Both the position numbers and the translations under genes were made by a program. A stretch of 64,000 nucleotides of DNA from Blastocladiella emersonii ATCC 22665 (Eukaryota; Fungi; Blastocladiomycota): assembly GCA_025594325.1 (NCBI GenBank), contig JANHCV010000014.1, positions 806,001 through 870,000 of the forward strand, in the 5' to 3' direction. Of the stretch, positions 37,603 through 49,198 are shown one piece after another. How positions within the stretch are numbered: position 1 is the stretch's first letter; every line of letters begins with the position of its first letter. The notes under the pieces were generated by a model, which searched no databases, was not told the origin of the DNA, and was given only the letters and a program-made list of their open reading frames with translations.

Positions 37603-37740
37603 CATCGGGGAATGGGGGGCACAGATTAGTGGTGATCTAAGAAAATCTATGAGAGCTCTTGCTAGATCACCACTAATCTAGCTTATTTACTATGAAAACT
37701 AGCTAGATAACCACTAATCTGTGCCCCCGTTTTCCCGATG
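37603..37740. mobile_element. 138-bp MITE with 37-bp TIRs and 2-bp TSD (TG)
   Basis: TIRs 37603-37639 and 37704-37740 match at 33/37; TG at 37601-37602 and 37741-37742; the empty site (CTCC-TG-AGTCCCC on -) is present in the left arm at about 26925-26937. Confidence 0.88.
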
Positions 37741-38542
37741 TGAGTCCCCGCTCTCCGTCTTCATCATTCGCTCTCCCCTCATCCCGCCCTGGCTCGGGGC
37801 CGAAGGCAGGAATACACATCCCTGACTAGCTGTATCATGGCCTCCTCGAGTCGGCCTACATAACTCAACGAGCTTGAGCATTTTAACTCGCCTTGGAACC
37901 TGGTGGAGAGTTGAAAAAAATGCTCCGAAAGTTCGGACACGGTTTGCATTCTAAAATGACTGGGGTGTGAGCGTGGCTGCACGTCTCCGTTGCAGAAACA
38001 GCGCGACGCGCGTCCCTTGGGCGCGCCAGCTATCTGCACGTGTGATTCGCAATTCGGGCGACACCCAAAGTGACAGTATCGCGCAGTAGTGTGGCCCACG
38101 AGCAAAGCTCGAAGTGGATCAGTAGTGCATTCCAAACCAATCGCACATGCGCCTGAATTTGTATGATGGATTCGACATTCCCGCGAGTGTGTGTGCGCGC
38201 GCAGGTTGTATGTAGTCGGGTGAGCCATCGTCAAGATGTGGAGCACGTTGAGTGACGTGGATGTGGAGCACTTTGAGTGACGCCGAAGGCAAAAGCGTGT
38301 GGCGCAACGCGTTGAAGCGACCCTCGTGGGCTGCTCACTTTACAACTTGTGATCAAAGCTTCTCCGATTCTGCCGTTGCAAGTGTCGCTGCCGCGTCGAG
38401 TGCATGCAATGCAACCTAGGAGCCCTTTGTGGATCGGGAGCGGAAACGACGACCTTGGACTTGCGTGATGAGTGCAAGGACTGGCGGCATTCATCGGTGG
38501 AGACAGGAGGATCATGGTCAGGTCGAGACGCTACGGTATCGA

Positions 38543-38614
38543 GGGGCGTTGGCGCAATGGTAGCGCGTTTGACTCCAGATCAAAAGGTTGGGTGTTCGAC
38601 TCACCCACGCCTCA
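38543..38614 (+). tRNA. tRNA-Trp(CCA), copy 2
   Basis: GGGGCGT/ACGCCTC acceptor; D-arm GCGC-AATGGTA-GCGC; anticodon arm TTTGA-CTCCAGA-TCAAA; T-arm GGGTG-TTCGACT-CACCC; T8 Pol III terminator follows. Confidence 0.93.
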
Positions 38615-38952
38615 CTTTTTTTTCTCGCAGTGATCGACCTCCCGGTTAGGTCGTTTTCTCTGCCTGGCCGTGTGCGGATGAGGTTCCGTGATATTTTTTG
38701 TTCAGTTCCACGATGGTCGAGCCGAACTACAGTTTGCCAGCGACGGCCGCCGCGGGAAGCAAGTCGCTGAGTATCGCGCCGATCACCTAGTGCGGACTAA
38801 GGCCGACCCCAGGCGTCCGGGACAGCTAGAGGCCGCTGCCGCTGTTGAGCGACACGATCCTGACCTTGCAAACGACCGGCCGACCGCGTTCTCTGCGGAA
38901 CAAGAGTATATATTAGACCAGCGCCCCTCTGTAGCGTGAAGAACAAAGCACA

Positions 38953-39024
38953 GGGGTTGTAGCTCAGCGGTAGAGCGGTCGACTGCAGATCGACAGGTCC
39001 CGAGATCAATCCTCGGCGGCCCCT
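38953..39024 (+). tRNA. tRNA-Cys(GCA), copy 2, with atypical T-loop (ATCAATC)
   Basis: GGGGTTG/CGGCCCC acceptor, U73; anticodon arm GTCGA-CTGCAGA-TCGAC; T-stem CCGAG/CTCGG; TTTT downstream. Confidence 0.85.
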
Positions 39025-39694
39025 TCTTCTCTTTTGCCTTTTGCCGGTGCTGCTTGCTCCGGTTGTTCTTTTCTCCCTGAGTTCGTCGTTAGCATCCGGA
39101 TGCGCGCTGAGTCACCGCCTCGAGACGGATCGGCGCCCTGCGGTGCCCCCGTCGCGCCGCGATTCGCGATCGGCGAGACGCGTCTCGCACCCCTCACGTG
39201 CATCGAGTAGGAGACGCGTTTTTTGGACCTTGTCGCGTCGCGCCCGGCTTCTACTCTTTCCTCTCACGACATACCACCACACTTGCCATGCATGCTCGCC
39301 AAGACTCGATGCAACTCGTTTGATTCGCTGGCTTCAGGTCGCTGCGCTGTCGCCATACCCACCTCGCAACTATGATGACCGCGCGCCACGACTCGCTACT
39401 GCTGGCGCGGCAATCCCACGCAGCAGTGGGACAGGACCCGCGCCGCGTGTCTGGCCCGCGCGGCAGCACCTCGATCCATCAGCCGCCGCAGCCGCAGCGC
39501 ACCTTTTCGCTCGAGCCGATTGTCGTCCCGACGGTATCGCGTATGTACGTGCCGCAACGTGGTGGGACTTGTACGGCCGCTGATCTTTTGTCCATGGGTC
39601 GCACGTAGCGCTCAGCAGTGGTAAGGCGCCGACCGTCTCGCACGATGCGCACGCGTCAACTTCGCTCTCGAGTCAGGTCGCTGCTGTCGCTAGT

Positions 39695-42691
39695 ATGGTG
39701 GTGAAGCGACCGTCGTCGTCTTCTGCCGCACCTCAAGCAACCGGTACCATCCCGAAAAGCAACAACCGCGACGACGACACGGAGGCGCGCATCGCCGCGC
39801 TCGCGCAGGACCTGCTCTCCGACTTTGACGCCGTCGAGTGGCTGCCGCCCGCCGACCGCGCCCAGTTTGTGCGTCTTTCTGTTCAGTCACCGCACTCGAC
39901 TCGCCACTAATCACCAACCCACGAACCGTAGCGCGACGCCTTCCTCGCCGAGTTCACGCTGCGCTTCTCGGCCGACGTGAAGCCGCTGCGCCGCCCGCTG
40001 CGCGACCCGGCCACGGTGCGCGCGCTCGCCGACAACTTACGGGCGGTGCGCGACAATGCGCTGCACCGGTGCCGCGACCTGTACGTCGGCCACTGCCTGC
40101 AGGCCGCGCTGCCGCACGCGCCGACCGTCGAGCGCACGCTGCACGCCTTTCGCCGCGATTTGGTCAGAGGGATCCGCCCCGTGCACCTGGCGTGGCTGAG
40201 CGCGCAGGGCGCCGCGATCCGGCGTACGACGTCGCCGCCGCCCGCGCCCGTCCCGCCCGAGCGCGTCGACGCGGCCGCGATCGCCGACCACGCGCAGCGG
40301 CACCTGCTGGCGCACGTCCAGCTGTCGCAGCTCGAGACGCCCATGCCGCGCGGCGTCGCGCTGCTGCACGAGAAGCGGCGGATCACGGCCGAGGTCCAGC
40401 GCGAGCTGCGCGCGCAGCACGCTCTGCAGACGCGGTTGTCCGAGGCGGGCTACTCGCGCGAGGGTTTGCGCGCATTGTCTCCTGAGGCTGCTGTCCGCGT
40501 CCGCTCCACCGTCGGCGGTGCTCGTACGCAGGCCGCGTCGTCGCCGCAGCGGCGCCGCTACAACCCGCGCTTCCCTCGCGCCGCGACCCTCGACTTTACC
40601 GCACCTGCTTCGGGTGACGGTGCTCCCACGTCCGATTTTGCCGACCTCGAGGTGCCCGAGCAGGAGCCGATCCCCGAGGACCCGCTGCTCATGGCGTCGT
40701 TTCTGCGGCACTCGGACCGCGAGTACGTGGCCCTCGCCCCGACCCCGCAGCCGCGGTACCTCGAGCACGCCATGCAGCGTCGCCGTCCTGTCGGTGCGGC
40801 TGGGGCTGGTGCCACGCACTCGGACTCGGGCGAGCTGTACCGCCTCGCCGTCAAGGCCGAGAAGCACCTCACTGAGCCACGGACCGTGACTGCTGGTGCA
40901 GCGCAATCTGTCGCCGCCCAACTCGCGTCCGCTCAAGCTCAGGCTGCCGCACCCGCGACAGACCCGTCAGCGTCCTCGTCGTTTCCGGCACCCGCGAGCG
41001 AGGCCGAGATGCGCGACCGCCGCAGCGTCAACGCCATTGCACCGCCTAGCGTCCGCCTTCACTCGTTCCCTTCATCCACCAACGACGACGACACACCACG
41101 CACCACCACACCCAAGTCGCTCATCACAGGCATCGGCCCACCTCGGCTGTCGCACCGCGAGCCGCACGGGCGTATCGTGTCAGACGTGCTGTCGATGGTG
41201 CACTGGATCAACGACGAGTCGGCCGACGACGCGGACCGGCACCGCTCCCCTGCAAACACGGGCCGCGACCTCGACCTCGACAACCAGCTGTCGCGCGCGC
41301 AGGAGGTCGAGGAGCTGTTCGACGAGATCATGCAGTCGGTGACGGGCGGGCAGCTGCTGCTGGGCGAGTCGCCCTCGGCGCGCGGGTTCCCTGCAATCCC
41401 CGCCGACTCGCTGGCCGCTTCGCTCATTCCGGGCACCGAGGACCGCGGTTTATCCCGCGCGTCGGTCGCGACGAACGGGACCCGCGGCACCGTCACCGAG
41501 ACCCGCACGATCCAGCACCGGATCCAGATGATGCCGCGGCACGTCTCGGCGCACGAGCTGCACGTCACGGCCGACGAGTTTGCGCGGCACCGCGCGCTGG
41601 CCATGGCGCGCGTGCCGACGTCGAAGCCCGAAAACTCGCGGTACAATTTCGGCGGGTACATTCCGCAGACGACGTACCGCGTGCGCAAGTCGCGGCTCAC
41701 GGCCGACGGGTACCGCGCGTTCGCGGGCCGGTTCCGCAACGATTTCATCATGGGCGGGTCGGGACAGCGGCCCGTGTCGGCGGCGGTCTCGGCGGGTGAC
41801 GCCTGTGTGGAGAATTTGGGGGTGTCGGGCTCCGAGTCCGACTCTGATCTGGGCGACGGTGGTGGAGAGGAGGAGGAGGCGGTGCCGTTCGCGCGCGGCG
41901 AGTGGAGCACGCGCGCGCTCGAGGTCATGTCGCCGCTGCCGTCGCCCGTGCGTGCTGGGACCGGGTACGACGACGACGAGGACGACACGAGCGTCGGGTC
42001 CGGGTCGGGCGACGATGACCTGCACGACGAGGTGCACCGCGGGCGCGAACGGCGCGTCAAGCTGCAGGTCCGCCGCCGCCGCCGTTCCGCCTCCGCTGCT
42101 TCGCGTCCCGCCTCACCCCACGATGAGGATCCCGAGCTCGAGGACCCGACGGAACCCACCGAAGCCGACAACAATGAGACCATCGACGCCGAGTCGCTCG
42201 CCAAGCGGTTCGACCGGGTCGCGTTCCGGCTCGGGTTCACGCTCTCGGACCGCCTGCGCCTCGCCGTCGTGTACGGGCGTGAGCCGCTCGACACCCAGCT
42301 CGCTGCCGTGCGGTGCTGGGAGACCGCGGCGACCGCCGTCCTCGCGCGCGAGCGGGTGCTGGGCGAGTGGATCGCGTTCGAGTACCGCGCGTCGCAGCCG
42401 CTGCGGTTCTGGACGGACCGGTCCGACGCGCGGCTTCCCGAGGCGGCGGCGCGGGCGGCGATCACGGCGCGGCTGCACGAGCACGATTCCCGCGTCGTCA
42501 AGGCGCTGGACGCGGTCGACGCGGTGCCGCTCGTGCACTCCGCGGGCGGGTTGGCGGCGGTCCCGCTGACCTACCGCGGGCGCGTGTACCGCGACAAGAT
42601 GGCGACGGATACGCGCGAGCTGGTGCGTGCGCTCGTGCACCCCTTCAATGAGACGGAAGTGTCTCGCGGTCCAAGCCACTCGCCCTCGTGA
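39695..42691 (+). CDS. CCDC87: CCDC87-like protein (MAP65/ASE1-related C-terminal domain), copy 2, 977 aa
   Basis: Exons 39695-39868 and 39932-42691 (GTGCGT...CTAAT...TAG intron). C-terminus WETAATAVLARERVLGEWIAFEYRASQPLRFW...TYRGRVYRDKMATD fits my recollection of the CCDC87 motif WE....I..RE..L..L..FE..AS.P.RF...GR.Y.DKM..D. Confidence 0.6.
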
Positions 42692-43617
<926 letters not shown>

Positions 43618-43667
43618 GCGTGTTTGATTGGGGGTAGGGGTAATACAGTCCTCTCGAGGGTTACAAT

Positions 43668-44903
43668 CTAGTGCGAGTGCCCGTTCATGAGCGCGACCCC
43701 ACCAACGACCGCCGCGAGCTCGACGACAAGCTGGACCGCCTTGCGCCAAACCCCATGCCCATGCCCATGCCCGTCGTGCTCCTCCTCGTGACCATGCGCG
43801 TGCCCATGATGATGATGATGCCCACCGAGCAACTCCGGCACGACGCCGACCGTCGCAACATACACCAACCCGCCCGCGACGACTGGCATCACCGCATCCA
43901 TCGCGCTCGGCGGGACGAGCGAGGTCCCCGCGACCGTCCCCGCGACACTCGCCGCCGAAACGACGACCTGCGCGCCGATCGCAAACGCGCGGCCCGCGCC
44001 CGTGCTGTGGATCAGGGTCCAGTCGGCGAGCCGGTGCGGGATCTCGTGCAGGAAGATGGCGAAGAAGGTGGCGAGCCCCGTCGCGGCGCCGTTGGCAAAG
44101 GCCATGGCGAGGAGAAGGCCGTCGGAGGCGGCGTGGATCGAGGAGGCGAGGACGTGCGTCAGCGCGGCGACGGGGACGGCGGACTTGGTGGTGGGTTTGG
44201 TCGAGGTGGTCGGGGAGGGCGTGGGCTCGGCGGCGGTGGTCGACTTGGACTTGCGCTGGCGCAGTGTGGCGGTGCCGTCGGGGTCGGTGAAGGTTGCGGA
44301 CGTGATGCCGTGGGCGGGCTTCTGGGGCTCGTCCCCGGCGTCGCCGTGCTTCTTGTCGTCGCCGTGCTTCCCGTCGTGCGCATGATGATGATGGTGATGG
44401 TGGTGGTGCCCATGCGACTTGGACGCCTCGACGAGCAGGCCCATGACGCGCTCGACGGCGTAGAAGGCGAGGAACCCGCCGACGAGCTTGACGGCGGGTG
44501 GGATCTCCCCATGGTGGTGATCGTCACCACGTGCGTGTGCGTGCCCATGCGCATGGTCGTGCGCGTGCTCGCCGCCAGCGAGAATACTCGGCATCAGGTG
44601 CAGAAAGATATCCCCGAGCATAGTGCCCAGCGCGACGGACACGAGCACGCGCTCGAGCGGCTGCGGGAGCGACTTGGGGAGGACCAGGACGAGGACGAGC
44701 GGGAACAGCGCGAGCAGCGCGACGCAGACGAGGAGCAGGTGGGCCGGGTCGCGGTCGCCGAGCAGCGCGACGAGGAGGTCCGGCAGCTCGTGCGCGTGCG
44801 CGTGCGCGTGCGCGTGGCCGTGGCCGTGCGAGTGCGCGACGACGGCGGCGGCGGGCAGCAGGACAGCGGCTGTGGCGAGGGCGAGGAAGGTTATACGATT
44901 CAT
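43668..44903 (-). CDS. His-rich ZIP (LIV-1/KE4-type) divalent metal transporter, 411 aa
   Basis: Signal peptide MNRITFLALATAAVLL; (HG/HA)n tracts; ALGTMLGDIFLHLMP; IHAASDG; IFLHEIPHRLAD. Confidence 0.9.
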   Translation of the reverse strand: MNRITFLALATAAVLLPAAAVVAHSHGHGHAHAHAHAHELPDLLVALLGDRDPAHLLLVCVALLALFPLVLVLVLPKSLPQPLERVLVSVALGTMLGDIFLHLMPSILAGGEHAHDHAHGHAHARGDDHHHGEIPPAVKLVGGFLAFYAVERVMGLLVEASKSHGHHHHHHHHHAHDGKHGDDKKHGDAGDEPQKPAHGITSATFTDPDGTATLRQRKSKSTTAAEPTPSPTTSTKPTTKSAVPVAALTHVLASSIHAASDGLLLAMAFANGAATGLATFFAIFLHEIPHRLADWTLIHSTGAGRAFAIGAQVVVSAASVAGTVAGTSLVPPSAMDAVMPVVAGGLVYVATVGVVPELLGGHHHHHGHAHGHEEEHDGHGHGHGVWRKAVQLVVELAAVVGGVALMNGHSH

Positions 44904-45312
44904 GGCAGGTTGTCTGATGGTGAGAGAGAGGGGATGGTGGGCGGCGTCCGCTCGCCGTTTCGACTTGGCCGTTCGCGCACGCGAGTGATCCTCGCCGCCG
45001 CCCACGTGTTTTCGCCTCGCGTCCCGCACTTGTTGCGAGACGCCGTCGCTTATCATCCTCCTCGTCATGGTCGGCAGTCGGCAGATCACCTCACCGTCGC
45101 GGCGCGGGCCACGTCGCAACTCGCGGGCGCGGCGGGCCGACGCAGCACGCCACCACCGCGTCCGCCAGCGTGCCCGAGGGCGCGGACCCGCGCCACGGCG
45201 TGACCGGGCGGCAGATGACGCGCTTCGCTTCATGTCTCGCACCGGCTGACCGCGTCGCGCCTCGCCTCGCTCGAATTCACGTCGGGCTGGACGGCCATCG
45301 GCTTCGGCCGCG

Positions 45313-46041
45313 ATGGGTGGCCGCATAAAGCCCACGTCCGCCCCCCTCCCTCCCACGCCCGACCACCACAACACCACCAAGATGCTCATGCAAACGCCCT
45401 CCACTACGCCCGCGTCGCTGTCGGCCGCGGTCCCCGCGTGCCCTTCGTGCCACCCGCACCTGGCCACGTCGCGCGCCGCGGCTTCGGCGTGTGCTGCCTG
45501 TTCCTCGTCAACCTCGACCCGCGTCCGCCACCACACGACGCACCTGCCGCCGACTCTCGTCGAATTCGAGTCGTGCCCGCTCCAAGTCTCGGTGCACGCG
45601 CCGGCCACGCGGTTCCTGCGCGACCTGGCGCCCGTGTTCCCCACGGTCGACTCGGCCAACATCCTCGTCGTCCCGGTCCTGCAGCCGACGGTCCTCGACA
45701 TGGTCGCGTACGGGCGCGACGTGGACGCCGAGCGCGACGCCCTGCTCGAGCGGTTTGTCCGGTTCGCGAGCCGCCTCGCTGACCGGTTAACCGAAAAGGG
45801 GTACTGGTGCGACTTCACGGACCCGGCGTCGGGGTACCCGGTGCGGTCGGCCGCGGGTTCCGCCCTGTACCCGGACGTGAGCGGGTGCACGGCGCTGCTG
45901 CGGTACGACGTTATGAACGTCGGGTGCTGCAAGGTCGTGCTGCACCCGGACTGGGGGAGCAAGGTGTACCCGGCGACGTGCTTTACGACGGCGCCGAGCG
46001 AGGTGGTGGTGGCTGCGTTGCTGCTGGATGATGATGCGTAA
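45313..46041 (+). CDS. MMADHC: Cobalamin trafficking protein CblD
   Basis: ERDALLERFV.FA...L.EKGYWCDFTDPASGYP and VGCCKVVLHPDWGSKVYPATCFTTAP are characteristic MMADHC motifs; the start may be 45382. Confidence 0.88.
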   Translation: MGGRIKPTSAPLPPTPDHHNTTKMLMQTPSTTPASLSAAVPACPSCHPHLATSRAAASACAACSSSTSTRVRHHTTHLPPTLVEFESCPLQVSVHAPATRFLRDLAPVFPTVDSANILVVPVLQPTVLDMVAYGRDVDAERDALLERFVRFASRLADRLTEKGYWCDFTDPASGYPVRSAAGSALYPDVSGCTALLRYDVMNVGCCKVVLHPDWGSKVYPATCFTTAPSEVVVAALLLDDDA

Positions 46042-46072
46042 ACTGTCTGTATATATATCCGTTTTCCACTTT

Positions 46073-47665
46073 CTATGACGACCGGTGCTCGGCGAGAAAC
46101 GACTCGACGACGCGGTCCGCGGCGACGCCCGGCGTCACCTCGCCGTGCTCGACGCGGGACTCGAGGTCGCGGATCAGGGTCGCGACGCCCGCGTCGTTGG
46201 CGAGACGTGACTGGAGCTCCTCGCTGATGAGCCGCCACATCCACTTTTTCCGCTGCGCCTCGCGCTTGTCCGTGAACGCGTCCGTGTACTTTTGGGGGAT
46301 GCGGGTCGGGTTAGTGTGGGGGCGGAGGGGGGAAGGGAGAGAGCGTACCCAGCGCGCCGCGTAGTAGTCGAGCACCGACTCCCACACCTCGTCGATCCCG
46401 AGCCGGTGCGCCGCCGACACGCGGATCACCTTCGGCGCGTACGTTGGCGGCGAGACCTCCTCCTCCTCGTCAGCCTTACCGCGGCGCCGGCGCGGCACGG
46501 GCGGGTGATCCGACCCGCCGAGAAACTTGAGCGCAGACATATACTCGGCCTGCGTCATCCTGGCCGTCGCCGCGAGATCCCCGTCGGCCTTATTCACAAG
46601 GATCAGGTCCGACAACTCGACGATCCCCTTCTTCATCCCCTGCAGCTCGTCGCCGCCCGCCGGGCTGACCAGGAGCACCATCAGGTCGACCATGTCGGCG
46701 ACCATGGTCTCGGACTGGCCCACGCCCACCGTCTCCACGAGAACCACGTCGTACCCGGCCGCCTCGCACAGGAGGATCGCGTCGCACGTGTTGCGCGCCA
46801 CCCCGCCCAGCGTGCCGCGCGCGGGTGACGGGCGCACGTACGCGGCGTCGTGCCGCGACAGGTCCGGCATACGCGTCTTGTCGCCGAGGATCGAGCCGCC
46901 CGTGCGCGACGAGGATGGGTCGACGGCCTAGACGCGTGCGGCGACGGCGGCGGTGGGTGAGTTACATACCCGCTAAGCGCACGCGGCCGGGTCCGCGTAA
47001 AACCCCGCCTCGGCGTACCAGGACGGCGACCTTACACCCGCGCTCGACGAGCCACATGCCGAACGTCTCGATGAAGGTCGATTTCCCGACGCCCGGCGAC
47101 CCGGACAGCCCGATGCGCAGCGTCGACGGCAGCGTGCGCAGCGGGGTTGCGGGGGACGGCGACGGCTGCATCTCGAGCGACTTGCGGTGCTGCGTGTCGC
47201 GGCGCAGGAGCTCGGCGACGGGGAGCGCGTTCGCGGATGGCGCGGTAGAGACGCGCGCGGGCGTCAGCGTGTTGGACGGGATCCGGCCCGCGGGCGTCAC
47301 GCCGCCGCCCGGGGCGCGAGAGCGCAGGTGCGCTAGGACCGACGTCAGCAGCGCGTTGGCTGCGGGCTTGTGCCGCTGCGCCGTCGACTCGACTACGCGA
47401 CATGGCACGATCAGCAAGACGGGCGGGTGCGCGTGCGCGTGCGCGTGTGAGACCCAGCACGAAACGCACCCAGCGTGATGGCCTTGGCCAGCGCCACGCG
47501 GTCGTGCCGCAACAGGCGGGAGTACAGGTCGGCGGCGGTGGCGAGGTCCTGCGGGGACGCGGCGGTCGAGGACGAGGACCGGGCAGCGAAGCGGGCCGCC
47601 TGGGCGACGGGGCGGACGCGCACGCGCGCGGCGGCGGCGCGGGCGGCGGAGAGGCGAGTGTACAT
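46073..47665 (-). CDS. MMAA: Methylmalonyl-CoA mutase-associated GTPase (MeaB/CblA)
   Basis: Introns 47393-47469, 46928-47018, 46289-46348; [72 protein letters not shown]; mitochondrial-type Arg/Ala-rich leader. Confidence 0.95.
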
Positions 47666-47955
47666 GGCAGCAGTTTGCGGCGGGTAGTTTACATGGAGAG
47701 TCGACCGTCAAGGGTCGATGAAGGGAGAGAGAGAGTGTTGGGGGCGATCAGGCGAGGGAGGGGAGAAGTGGCGATCGGCGACCTCGGGTCCCACGCGTCA
47801 CTCACCTCACCTCAGCTGAACCGGGTTGGTTCGGGTTGGTTTATCCATGTTTTTCGATTATTCTTTCGAGAGGGAGGAGGCTACGCAGAGAGGTTGGTGG
47901 TGGTGGGGGCAAATAAAATAGAACTGTGTACAGGAGGTAGGGGGAGGGGAGCGGT

Positions 47956-48289
47956 TTAGTTTGTCGCCTTGGCCGCTACAGACGAGGATCGTGGTCAGCT
48001 GGTGGGCGGGCCGAGGGTTGGGAGGGAGAGAGAGCCGTACAGCGGAAGAAGAGCAGCTTCTCGATAATGTCGACGTGGGTCAGGACCATGCGGCGGCAGC
48101 AGTACCGCTTGAGGCCGAGCGCGTCCATGGCGTGGCTACACTCACGCTCCGTGGTCAGCTCGGTGGTGCCGAACATGCATGAGCGGTTACCCACCCCTCG
48201 GTGTAGTCGGCCTGCAGCAGCGCCAGGTACTGCTCCCACTTGTTGCCGATGACCTTGCCGCACGAGAAGCAGCGGACGGGGATGATCAT
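47956..48289 (-). CDS. RPB10: RNA polymerases I/II/III shared subunit RPABC5 (69 aa)
   Basis: Exons 48289-48195, 48135-48041, 47975-47956; [19 protein letters not shown]...[17 protein letters not shown]. Confidence 0.96.
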
Positions 48290-49198
48290 GGTGTCGCTTG
48301 CGTGGTGCGGTGCGGCAAGTTATGCTTCGTCGTGGAGCTCCGTGGTGGCCGTTCGCCGTCGTCGTTGCAGGGGGTGCCCGCGACGACGACGACGGCGACG
48401 TGAAAGCGAAAGAAAGGCGAGTGCGCGTCAGGTGGCGTCAGGTGAGCCGTCGCGAAACCCAGCCGCGCATCCGCGCCACGTGCGTCGCCTTTTTCGCTCG
48501 CGGCCGCCGTGTTCATCTTCCGGCCGGCCAGCCAGCCACCCGCGAGCGAGAGTTGCCTTGCCCGCACGCACACGCACGCACCAGGTCCCGGACCCCGCAA
48601 CGGCAACGCTTCGACGCGTGCAACGTATCTCACCCGACCCGACCACCTGCAACGGCAACCGCAACCGCACCCCACGCGTCCCCACCCGTCGCGCGGCCCG
48701 CCCCCTTGTACATTTACGCCCCTCCGACCCGCTCCCTTGCGGTCCGGCCCTACCTTCAACAACCGTCGACTACCTGCGCGCGCGCGCGTCGCCGCCACCG
48801 CCACCGACGCCGCCCCGCCGCCGCCCCTGACGCACGCGTTTTCTCCGCGGACCGACCGCTGCTGAACCCTCTGGTCCGTCTCTGCGGGGGCAACGAGCTC
48901 GGTGCAGCTGCTGACGTCCCGCCCTGCTGCCGCCGTGTATCCACCGTGTCGTCCGGTCCATGTATCGACAACCTTACTGTCCGCGACCCGAACGACTGTT
49001 CTTGCGCGTCTCATTTTATGTGCCGTGTCTGCCCGCCCGCTTCCCGCCCGCTTCGGACGCGTCTGTCCCGTCCTGATGCTGCAGTCGTCGCGCTACGCCA
49101 CCCGCCGCACCTGCCCTCCCCGCCCGCCCGCTCGCTCGCTCCTCTCGTGACCCCGCCCGCCGACCCGCGACACCACCCCCACCACGACCGCCACCATC

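Noticed and set aside
26934-37740. Mating-type genes in the spacer
   Set aside because: No HMG-box, homeodomain, alpha-box, pheromone or receptor motif seen in any spacer ORF.
31654-38543. Ty3-style tRNA-targeted integration
   Set aside because: The element is about 1.6 kb from the nearest tRNA; S. cerevisiae Ty3 inserts within a few bp of the Pol III start site.
43668-46244. 858-aa ORF on the - strand
   Set aside because: Only the last 411 aa (from ATG 44903) are the ZIP transporter; the upstream part is antisense to MMADHC.
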